A stretch of 64,000 bases of DNA, taken from the NCBI GenBank assembly GCA_001799615.1, contig MGTU01000008.1:194749-258748 (forward strand), read 5' to 3'. This DNA comes from Elusimicrobia bacterium GWA2_61_42 (GTDB lineage Bacteria > Elusimicrobiota > Elusimicrobia > Elusimicrobiales > UBA9959). The translations under genes and the position numbers were made by a program. The notes under the pieces are model-generated. The model ran no database searches. It saw only the letters and a list, made by a program, of their open reading frames with translations, and was not told the origin of the DNA. The first letter of the stretch is position 1. The number at the start of each line of letters is the position of its first letter. Shown here in pieces: positions 44,921 through 52,217 of the stretch.

Positions 44921-44946
44921 ATACTACTGCCAGACCGCCGCGTCAA
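44918..44946 (-). promoter_or_regulatory. Promoter TTGACG-17-TATGAT of the Fur-headed operon
   Basis: On the minus strand, TTGACG is at 44946-44941, followed by a 17-nt spacer and TATGAT at 44923-44918. Confidence 0.75.
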
Positions 44947-44950
44947 GCAT

Positions 44951-44988
44951 AAAAAAAAGCCCCCGGCCTTTCGGGCGGGGGCTTTTTC
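44951..44988. terminator. Bidirectional intrinsic terminator (ends protease paralog B; insulates the fur promoter)
   Basis: AGCCCCCG...CGGGGGCT stem at 44958-44983, flanked by AAAAAAAA (44951-44958) and TTTTT (44983-44987). Confidence 0.8.
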
Positions 44989-45000
44989 GGGGCGGGCCGT

Positions 45001-45942
45001 TTACAGCGCGGCGGCGTCCTCAAGCAGGGAGAAGGCCGGGGCCGGTCGCGCCAGGGCGGCCGGGGCGGACCGAGAGAGCAGGCGCATGGGGGAGGTTACC
45101 GCCGTTATTTTGGTCACATCCTCTCCGCGGCAGCCTTCGGAGGGGCAGACGTTGGAAACGCGGCAATCGCCCTTGTACACATAGTCGTTCTCGCCGCGCA
45201 CCAGGATGCCTTCAACCTCGCCGGTTTTGGCGTTGAAGACGGCCGAGCCGGAATTGCCGCCGTAAGTGTCCAGGTTGGCCACGAAGTAGCCGGCGGGGGA
45301 AGCGTCCCGCACTGTAGCCCCGCCCGCTATCTTTACGGGCAGGCCGGCCGGGTGGCCTATGACCACCAGCGCGTCGCCGTTCTTTATGGTGCCCGCGTGG
45401 TTGACCTTAAGCACGGAATGATTGGAGACTTTCCTGTCCAGGCGGATCAGCGCCCAGTCGGCGCCGGTACCTACCTGCTCGCGGCCGATCAGTTCGGCGC
45501 AGCCGTAAACCTCGGAGGCGGGGACGGACTTGGGCATAGAGCCCGCGGCGCGGACGCCGAAGCCGAATACGAACCGGGTGTCCTTGCAGGCCTCTTCCGT
45601 TTTAACGCAGTGACCCGCGGTCATAATGATGTCGGGCGCCACCAGGGAACCGGAGCAGAACGCGCCCACGACCTGTTCGTAAAAAGGCTCCTCTTTGCAA
45701 AGCCCGTAAGACTGGCCGTAAGCCGAGGTGGTCAGCTTGGCGAGCTGGCCGGAGACGCTCACGTCGCCGTATTCGAAAAGGGCCACGGTGGAATCGGCCA
45801 GCTTCAGCAGGCGGGAGTCCGTGACCTGGAACAGGTCCAGGCGGTCATCCGCGCCGTACACTACTTTTCCCTTGATTTCGGCGGCGGAAACCGCGGCCGC
45901 GAGAGCCGCTATGGCGGCCGCTGACAGGATCAAATGTTTCAT
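45001..45942 (-). CDS. Secreted trypsin-like (S1) serine protease, paralog B
   Basis: Signal peptide MKHLILSAAAIAALAAAVSA. Catalytic blocks MTAGHC, DWALIRLD and GGNSGSAVF. Long identical blocks shared with the 35329-36345 product. Confidence 0.87.
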   Translation of the reverse strand: MKHLILSAAAIAALAAAVSAAEIKGKVVYGADDRLDLFQVTDSRLLKLADSTVALFEYGDVSVSGQLAKLTTSAYGQSYGLCKEEPFYEQVVGAFCSGSLVAPDIIMTAGHCVKTEEACKDTRFVFGFGVRAAGSMPKSVPASEVYGCAELIGREQVGTGADWALIRLDRKVSNHSVLKVNHAGTIKNGDALVVIGHPAGLPVKIAGGATVRDASPAGYFVANLDTYGGNSGSAVFNAKTGEVEGILVRGENDYVYKGDCRVSNVCPSEGCRGEDVTKITAVTSPMRLLSRSAPAALARPAPAFSLLEDAAAL

Positions 45943-45963
45943 GCGCTACCTCCGCTTACATAT

Positions 45964-45977
45964 TTGACGACAGTCAA
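45964..45977. promoter_or_regulatory. Perfect palindrome TTGAC-gaca-GTCAA in the divergent protease B / metal-binding-protein control region
   Basis: Read directly as TTGACGACAGTCAA. It lies 22 nt upstream of the protease B start codon and overlaps the predicted minus-strand transcription start. Confidence 0.6.
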
Positions 45978-45978
45978 C

Positions 45979-46031
45979 ATTACACTAATTAGCCCCGGGC
46001 TTTGCAAGGAATTTTTTTAAAGTGATATAAT
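45979..46031. promoter_or_regulatory. Back-to-back promoters sharing one self-complementary -35 hexamer, TTGCAA
   Basis: Plus strand: TTGCAA (46002-46007), 18-nt spacer, TATAAT (46026-46031). Minus strand: TTGCAA (the same bases), 17-nt spacer, TGTAAT (45984-45979). Confidence 0.55.
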
Positions 46032-46078
46032 CTACTTCTGACGCCAATACGACCGACAGAACTGGAGCCTGCTGTATT

Positions 46079-46666
46079 ATGAAAAAACTTATCTATTCCT
46101 TACTCGTCCTTTCACTTTCCGCCGGCGCGGCTTTCGCAACGGATGCCCCGGCCGGGCCGGCTAAAAAAGCGGCCGCCGCCAAGCACGATTGCGGAGGCTG
46201 CCCTATGGCCAAAAAAGCCAGCGCCAAGAAGTGCTCGGGCAAGATGTGCCCGGAGAAGATCGCCGGCGTAGAGACCTCGGCCAGAAATATCCCCAACGGC
46301 GTGGAGATAACCATGACGGCCCAAAACAAGGAAACCGTGGCGCAGCTTCAGGAGCTGGCCCTGGTGCATTACGGCAGCAAGGAGACCATGGACCCCGCCT
46401 GCCCCGGCCGCGTCCCCGGCACCGAGATAAAACTTGAGAACACCGCCGAAGGCGCGCGGGTAACGATGACCGGCAAGACCCCGGAAGTCATAAAGAAGAT
46501 CCAGGCCGCCTCCGCCAAAGAGCATTTAAAAACCGGCTGCCCCGACAAGGACGGCCATAAAAAAGAAGCGAAGGCTTCCAAAAAGTACGCCTGCCCCATG
46601 AACTGCGCCCAGTCCGACAGCCCCGGCAAATGCCCCAAATGCGGCATGCCCATGGAGAAAAAATAA
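46079..46666 (+). CDS. Exported Cys-rich metal-binding protein with a C-terminal HMBD-type motif
   Basis: Signal peptide. N-terminal HDCGGCPMAKKASAKKCSGKMCPEK. Two internal repeats (GVEITMTAQNKETVAQLQ / GARVTMTGKTPEVIKKIQ). The C-terminal YACPMNCAQSDSPGKCPKCGMPMEKK matches the heavy-metal-binding domain pattern YxCPMHP...PGxCPxCGMxL. Confidence 0.75.
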   Translation: MKKLIYSLLVLSLSAGAAFATDAPAGPAKKAAAAKHDCGGCPMAKKASAKKCSGKMCPEKIAGVETSARNIPNGVEITMTAQNKETVAQLQELALVHYGSKETMDPACPGRVPGTEIKLENTAEGARVTMTGKTPEVIKKIQAASAKEHLKTGCPDKDGHKKEAKASKKYACPMNCAQSDSPGKCPKCGMPMEKK

Positions 46667-47338
46667 ATGATGACCAGCGCACTCAAGAAAGTCCCTTTCT
46701 TCAAGGGACTCAGCCAGCGGGAGATAAACCAGGTGCTCGCCATCGCCGGCGTCAAGAACTACCGAGCCGGCGAGATGGTCTTCGCCAAGCAGGACCTGGG
46801 CGACAACTTCTTCGTGGTCAAATCCGGCCGCATCAAGATCTTCACTACCGTAGGCTCCGAGAAGAAAAAAACTTTCGCCTTCCTCAAGAAGGGGGACTTC
46901 TTCGGCGAAATGTCGCTGCTGGGCGGCAAGGTGCGCTCCGCCTCGGCCCAGGCCACCGAAGCCAGCGAACTGTTCGTGATCTCCAAGAAGAACTTCACCG
47001 GCCTGATACTGGAGAACGAGGATTTCACGCTTAAGCTGCTGCACACGCTGGTGGAGCGCCTCAACAAAGCCAACAAAGAAGTGGAATCCATGCTGTTCCA
47101 CAATATCCTGGGCCGGCTGGCCGAGGCCATACTCGACCTGTCGCAGGACAAGAAAACCAAGCCCCTTAAAATGGCCATAGACCAGACCGAGCTGGCGCAG
47201 TACCTGGGCACCACGCGCGTGCCGGTCTGCCGCGCCATCAACACGCTCAAACGCAGCGGCGTGATAGACTACCGCCGCGGAGAGCTGGTGATCCTGAACC
47301 AGACCCGGCTGAAATCCATCGCCGGCAACGCCGAATGA
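46667..47338 (+). CDS. Crp/Fnr-family transcriptional regulator (cNMP-binding domain + HTH)
   Basis: 223 aa. FFKGLSQREINQV...GDFFGEMSLLGG...RSASAQA cNMP-binding pattern and a C-terminal HTH (QTELAQYLGTTRVPVCRAINTLKRSG). No FNR-type N-terminal Cys cluster. Confidence 0.88.
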   Translation: MMTSALKKVPFFKGLSQREINQVLAIAGVKNYRAGEMVFAKQDLGDNFFVVKSGRIKIFTTVGSEKKKTFAFLKKGDFFGEMSLLGGKVRSASAQATEASELFVISKKNFTGLILENEDFTLKLLHTLVERLNKANKEVESMLFHNILGRLAEAILDLSQDKKTKPLKMAIDQTELAQYLGTTRVPVCRAINTLKRSGVIDYRRGELVILNQTRLKSIAGNAE

Positions 47339-48585
47339 GCCTGCATTCGCTGAGGGGCTTCCGGGACCTGCTTCCGCCTGACTCCGCGCTTTTCACCTCC
47401 ATAGAGGCCGCGGCGCGGGAAGTGTTCGCGCTTTACGGCTACCAGGAGCTGCGCGTTCCCACCATCGAACTTAAAGAGCTGTTCGTTAAAGCCACCGGCG
47501 ATACCACCGACATAGTGGAAAAAGAGATGTACGCCTTTACAGACGGCGGCGGCCGCGAAGTGGCCGTGCGCCCCGAGGGTACCCCCGGCGTGGTGCGGGC
47601 CTACATCGAGAACAACCTCGGCCAGACCGGCCGCAACGGCAAATACTTTTATATCGGCAACATGTTCAGGGCCGAGCGCCCCCAGGCAGGCCGCTACCGC
47701 GAATTCGAGCAGATAGGCGCCGAACAGATCGGCAACGCCTCCCCTTACGCCGACGCCGAGACCATAACCATGCTGGTGCGCCTGCTGGAGAAAGCCGGCG
47801 TCAGCGGCTGTTCCGTGGTGCTGAACTCGCTGGGCTGCGGCGAGTGCCGCAAAGCCTACCGCGAAACGCTGTTGAACTACCTGCGCCTCAACACGGCGAC
47901 GCTCTGCGAGCCCTGCAAAGGCCGCATAGAGCGCAACCCGATGCGGGCCCTCGACTGCAAGATCGACGGCCCCGTCCTGGCCGAAAAAGCGCCCAGACTT
48001 TCCCTGTGCCCCGCCTGCGCCGGGCATTTCTCCCGCACGCAGGAACTGCTGAATATTTCCGGGGTCGAGTACCAGGTCAACACCAGCCTGGTGCGCGGGC
48101 TGGATTATTACACCAGCACCGTCTTCGAGGTGCGCTCCAGCGCGCTGGGCAGCCAGGACGCCGTCTGCGGCGGCGGCCGTTACGACGACCTGGTGAAATC
48201 CATGGGCGGCCCCGCGGCCGCCGCCATAGGCTGGGCCGTAGGCGTGGACCGCATGGCCATGCTGCTCAAAGACAAGCCAGCCGCCGAGAACGCGCCGAAA
48301 ACCTTCATAGTGGCCGCGGCCAAGGAGGCCGGCACCAAAGCCTTCGCCCTGCTGACCGCCATGCGCGCCGCCGGCATCAGCTCCGACTTCTCCAACTTCG
48401 AGCTCAGCCTCAAGTCCCAGATGCGCTCCGCCGACAAAAGCGGCGCCGCGTTCGCCCTGATCATAGGAGAGGACGAGCTCAAAGCCGGCACGGTCGCCGT
48501 AAAGCTCCTGAAAGAAAAAGGAGAACAGCTCTCCGTCGCGATAGCCGACGCCCCTTCGGAAATAAGCAAAAGGCTTTCCGCTTAG
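47335..48585 (+). CDS. hisS: Histidine--tRNA ligase
   Basis: 416 aa. LRGFRDLLPPDS...YRYEFEQ-type class II motifs (here RYREFEQIGAE). ATGA overlap with the regulator stop. Confidence 0.94.
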   Translation: MSLHSLRGFRDLLPPDSALFTSIEAAAREVFALYGYQELRVPTIELKELFVKATGDTTDIVEKEMYAFTDGGGREVAVRPEGTPGVVRAYIENNLGQTGRNGKYFYIGNMFRAERPQAGRYREFEQIGAEQIGNASPYADAETITMLVRLLEKAGVSGCSVVLNSLGCGECRKAYRETLLNYLRLNTATLCEPCKGRIERNPMRALDCKIDGPVLAEKAPRLSLCPACAGHFSRTQELLNISGVEYQVNTSLVRGLDYYTSTVFEVRSSALGSQDAVCGGGRYDDLVKSMGGPAAAAIGWAVGVDRMAMLLKDKPAAENAPKTFIVAAAKEAGTKAFALLTAMRAAGISSDFSNFELSLKSQMRSADKSGAAFALIIGEDELKAGTVAVKLLKEKGEQLSVAIADAPSEISKRLSA

Positions 48586-48662
48586 GAGTCGGAGAAGATC
48601 AGGTTTTTGCGGAGGGTGCTATCCTGCGGTTTTTACTGATAAATACTCACGAGAGACAAACC

Positions 48663-50441
48663 ATGACCAACGACCTACCTTCCAAGAAGACAGCGATGCG
48701 CACCCATACCTGCGGCCAGCTTACCGCCGCCGACGCGGGCCAAACCGTCACCCTCTGCGGCTGGAACGACGTAAAGCGCAACCACGGCGGCGTCCTCTTC
48801 ATAAACCTGCGCGACCTCTATGGCCTGACCCAGGTAGTCGCCAGGCCCGACACCCCCGTCTTCAAGACCGCCGAAGAAGCCAAAAGTGAATACGCCCTGC
48901 AGGTCACCGGCAAGGTCACGCTGCGCCCCGGCACCAACGCCAACAAGAACATGCCCACCGGCGAGATAGAGATAGACGCCTCGCAGATCACGGTCCTCAA
49001 CACTTCCCAGCCCCTGCCCTTCGACCTCGGCGAGCACGCCGGGGTAACGGAAGAGACGCGCCTCAGATACCGCTTCCTCGACCTGCGCAGGCCGCGCATG
49101 GCCCACAACATGGTCCTGCGCAGCCGCCTTTCCCAGGTGGTGCGCAACTACCTCTACAGCCTCGACTTCAACGAGATAGAAACCCCGCTGCTCACCCGCT
49201 CCACCCCGGAAGGAGCGCGCGACTTCGTAGTGCCGTCGCGCAGCAACCCTGGCGAGTTCTACGCCCTGCCCCAGTCCCCGCAGCAGTTCAAACAGGTGCT
49301 GATGATGTCCGGCATGGACCGCTACTTCCAGCTGGCCCGCAACTTCCGCGACGAGGAACTGCGCTCCGACCGCCAGCCCGAGCACACCCAGATAGACCTC
49401 GAGATGTCTTTCGTGGACGAACAGGACATCGCCCGCGTCGCGGAAGGCATGATGAAGGACGTCTTCGCCCATATAGGCGAAGAGGTCTCCGCCCCTTTCC
49501 CGGAGATGGAATATTCCGACGTGATGCTCAAATACGGCATCGACAAGCCCGACCTGCGCTACGCCCTGGAGATCAAGGACTGCTCCGGCGTGTTCAAGGC
49601 CTCCGCCTTCAAGGTCTTCTCCGAAGCCCTCGCCGGCGGCGGCGTCGTGCGCGCCCTGAAGGGTGAAAAGGCCGCCGCCTTCAGCCGCGGGGATATGGAC
49701 AAGCTTACGGACCTGGTAAAAAAGCGCGGCGCCAAAGGCCTGGTCTGGCTGCGCTTCAAAGAGGGGAAATGGGAATCCCCGACCCTGAAATTCATGGCCG
49801 AGCCCGAACTGGCCGCGCTCAAGACCCTGCTGGAGGTGAACGAAGGCGACGCCGTATTCATAGCCGCCGACAAGCCCGAGATCGCGGCGCCCTGCCTCGG
49901 CGCGCTCCGCCTGGAACTTATCGCCCGCCTGAAGCCCGCCCCGGCTAAAAAGTGGGCCTTCCTCTGGGTCCGGCATTTCCCGCTGCTGGAGAAGGACGCC
50001 GAGAGCGGCGCCTGGACCTTCACGCATAACCCTTTCACCGCGCCCCTGCCCGGCGAGGAGGGGAAACTGGACACCGACCCCGGCAACGTACTCTCGTGCC
50101 AGTATGACCTGGTCCTCAACGGCGTCGAACTGGGCTCCGGCTCCGTGCGAAACCACAGCCGCGCCATGCAGGAAAAGATCTTCGCGCTCATGGGCTACGA
50201 CAAGGAGCAGGTGCAGAGCCGCTTCGGCATGATAGTCAACGCCATGGATTTCGGCGCGCCTCCGCACGGCGGCATAGGCATAGGCTACGACCGCCTTATC
50301 GGCATCATCTGCGGCACGGACTCCATCAGGGACGTCATAGCGTTCCCGAAGACCACCAGCGGCGCCTGCCTGATGAGCGACGCCCCGGCGAAACTGGACG
50401 AGAAACAGCTCAAAGAGCTGCACCTGAAAATAACCGAATGA
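48663..50441 (+). CDS. aspS: Aspartate--tRNA ligase
   Basis: MRTHTCGQL...LCGWNDVKRNHGGVLFINLRD OB-fold start, FRDEELRSDRQPEHTQID, and PPHGGIGIGYDRL near the C-terminus. The track ORF start (47844) is an out-of-context extension overlapping hisS. Confidence 0.94.
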   Translation: MTNDLPSKKTAMRTHTCGQLTAADAGQTVTLCGWNDVKRNHGGVLFINLRDLYGLTQVVARPDTPVFKTAEEAKSEYALQVTGKVTLRPGTNANKNMPTGEIEIDASQITVLNTSQPLPFDLGEHAGVTEETRLRYRFLDLRRPRMAHNMVLRSRLSQVVRNYLYSLDFNEIETPLLTRSTPEGARDFVVPSRSNPGEFYALPQSPQQFKQVLMMSGMDRYFQLARNFRDEELRSDRQPEHTQIDLEMSFVDEQDIARVAEGMMKDVFAHIGEEVSAPFPEMEYSDVMLKYGIDKPDLRYALEIKDCSGVFKASAFKVFSEALAGGGVVRALKGEKAAAFSRGDMDKLTDLVKKRGAKGLVWLRFKEGKWESPTLKFMAEPELAALKTLLEVNEGDAVFIAADKPEIAAPCLGALRLELIARLKPAPAKKWAFLWVRHFPLLEKDAESGAWTFTHNPFTAPLPGEEGKLDTDPGNVLSCQYDLVLNGVELGSGSVRNHSRAMQEKIFALMGYDKEQVQSRFGMIVNAMDFGAPPHGGIGIGYDRLIGIICGTDSIRDVIAFPKTTSGACLMSDAPAKLDEKQLKELHLKITE

Positions 50442-50454
50442 CCGCGAATCGCCA

Positions 50455-50584
50455 GGGGTCTGGCCGGGGTGTTGCCCTGAGCACCCGTTGCGGAAGGGGG
50501 CCCCGCCATCAAAGTCAGGCGGGGGGAACCGACGCAAGGGTTCCCTCTTCCCGGGTGAGCAGGGTAATACCCCGGCCAGACCCC
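50455..50584 (+). ncRNA. Candidate structured RNA (or MITE-like palindromic element) between aspS and lipA
   Basis: A perfect 16-bp closing stem, GGGGTCTGGCCGGGGT (50455-50470) with ACCCCGGCCAGACCCC (50569-50584). Inside it: CCCTG-AG-CACCCG / CGGGTG-AG-CAGGG; then GGAAG/CTTCC enclosing two hairpins, CCCCGCC-10nt-GGCGGGG and GGAACC-8nt-GGTTCC. Strand is undetermined. Confidence 0.45.
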
Positions 50585-50612
50585 TCGAGCGAGCGGTCTA
50601 TCCAATAAATCA

Positions 50613-51497
50613 ATGCCGCAATTTCCCAAATGGATAGTGGACGAGGTGCGCCGCAACAAGGCGGACCTGCGCGGCACCGCCGCCGCCGGCACCGCCGCCG
50701 AGCTCTCCGCCCGCGCCCTCCACACCGTCTGCGACGAAGCCCGCTGCCCCAACAAAGGGCGCTGCTTCTCCGAAGGCGAAGCCACCTTCCTCATCCTGGG
50801 CGACATCTGCACCCGCAACTGCGGCTTCTGCGCCGTAAAAAAGGCCGAACCCCTGCCGCCCGACGCCGGTGAGCCCCGGCGCGCGGCCGAGCTCTGCCGC
50901 CAGTGGGGCCTTAAATACGTGGTCTTCACCTCGCCCACCCGCGACGACCTGCCTGACGGCGGCGCCGCGCATTTCGCCGAGACCAACCGCCTCATAAAGG
51001 AACTTTCACCCGGCATAAAGACCGAGCCCCTCATCCCGGACTTCCAGGGCGACCTCAAGGCCCTGGAAACGGTGCTGGACTCCCGGCCCGACGTGCTGGG
51101 ACACAACCTCGAAATGGTCTCCGGCCTCTACGCCGGCGCCAGGGCCGGGGCCGATTACACGCGTTCCCTGCGGGTGATCCAAAACGCCAAAAAACTCCGC
51201 CCCGATATTTTCACCAAGTCGGGCATAATGCTGGGCCTGGGCGAGAAGCCCGAAGAGCTCGAAAAGGCCCTGGGCGACCTGGCGGAGCACGGCTGCGACC
51301 TGCTCACGCTGGGCCAGTACCTGGCGCCGTCCAAAACGCACCGCCCCGTGGTCAAATACTACACCGAAGAAGAATTCGCGCGCTGGGGGGAGAAAGCCAA
51401 AGCCCTCGGCCTCAAAGCCGTACTCTCGGGCCCGCTGGTCCGCAGTTCCTACCGCGCCGCGCAGCTTTACCGGGAGGCGGCGCATGGAAGAGTTTGA
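50613..51497 (+). CDS. lipA: Lipoyl synthase
   Basis: CDEARCPNKGRCF plus the radical-SAM motif CTRNCGFCAV. Confidence 0.95.
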   Translation: MPQFPKWIVDEVRRNKADLRGTAAAGTAAELSARALHTVCDEARCPNKGRCFSEGEATFLILGDICTRNCGFCAVKKAEPLPPDAGEPRRAAELCRQWGLKYVVFTSPTRDDLPDGGAAHFAETNRLIKELSPGIKTEPLIPDFQGDLKALETVLDSRPDVLGHNLEMVSGLYAGARAGADYTRSLRVIQNAKKLRPDIFTKSGIMLGLGEKPEELEKALGDLAEHGCDLLTLGQYLAPSKTHRPVVKYYTEEEFARWGEKAKALGLKAVLSGPLVRSSYRAAQLYREAAHGRV

Positions 51498-52197
51498 AAA
51501 GGATAAAGCGGCCCTGGCCTGGCTCTCCGGCGCCTGGGACGATTACGTGGGCGGGTTCCTGCCGCTGCTGCCGGTGCTGCTGGTCCAGACGGCCGTTTCC
51601 TCCGGAAGTTTTTTCCTGATGGACCGCTACCACTCCCTGCTGGCGGCCGTTCCCTATATCCTGCTCGTGGTCACGCCGGTCTCCACCGGCGCCGCCATGG
51701 TCTACATCAACATGGCGCGCGGCGGTAAAGCGCGGCTGCCGGACCTGTTCAGCGCTTTCCCGGTATATCACCGGGCCCTCGCCGTCAGCCTGTGGCTGGG
51801 CTGCCTTACGCTGGGAGGCACGCTGGCCCTTGTGCTGCCCGGCCTGATCATCCACCTGACCTACTGTTTCAGCGAGTACGCCGTGGTGGACCGCCGGACC
51901 GGCATAAAGGCGTCCTTCGCGCTCAGCCGTATAATAACCGACGGCTGGAAAAGCCGCCTCTTCCCCATCTTCCTGCTTACCCTGCTGGTAAACATGTTCG
52001 CGCCGGATATAGTGGCGGTTACCGGCCCGTTCAAAAACCCCGACGTCAGCCTTAACCTGAAGCCGTGGAACCTGGCAGGCGCGGCCCTCAAGACCCTGGT
52101 CTTCCTGCCGTGGCTGAGCCTGGCCATGGCCAGGGCCTACGAGTTCCTGCTGACGGGGCCCAAACCCGCCGAAGAGCCGCAGCCCGCGGACGCCTGA
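51484..52197 (+). CDS. Hypothetical polytopic membrane protein, possibly DUF975-like
   Basis: 237-aa ORF with about 5 hydrophobic spans. Overlaps the lipA end by 14 nt. Confidence 0.55.
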   Translation: MEEFEKDKAALAWLSGAWDDYVGGFLPLLPVLLVQTAVSSGSFFLMDRYHSLLAAVPYILLVVTPVSTGAAMVYINMARGGKARLPDLFSAFPVYHRALAVSLWLGCLTLGGTLALVLPGLIIHLTYCFSEYAVVDRRTGIKASFALSRIITDGWKSRLFPIFLLTLLVNMFAPDIVAVTGPFKNPDVSLNLKPWNLAGAALKTLVFLPWLSLAMARAYEFLLTGPKPAEEPQPADA

Positions 52198-52217
52198 GCC
52201 CCCGCGCTTCCGCCTGG

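Noticed and set aside
47844-48662. N-terminal extensions suggested by the ORF track: aspS from 47844, mnmE from 12017, rsmH from 19015, asnS to 61857, the hybrid kinase from 56678, the C11 peptidase to 28257, and the Fur-family gene to 44946.
   Set aside because: The extensions overlap the preceding real gene or a promoter, are Arg/Pro-rich junk, and precede an internal Met that gives the canonical family N-terminus. That Met often has an SD or an ATGA coupling.
50455-50584. Is the structured element the SRP (4.5S) RNA? It contains GUCAGG, and a possible CGG-GGGGAA-CCG apical hairpin.
   Set aside because: The nearly universal helix-8 features are absent: the GNRA tetraloop closed by a short stem, and the 3'-side AGCA of the symmetric loop followed by GCC-AAGG. 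The 3' side here reads ACGCAAGG. The best fold is a junction with two hairpins rather than one long rod. Left as an unassigned candidate.
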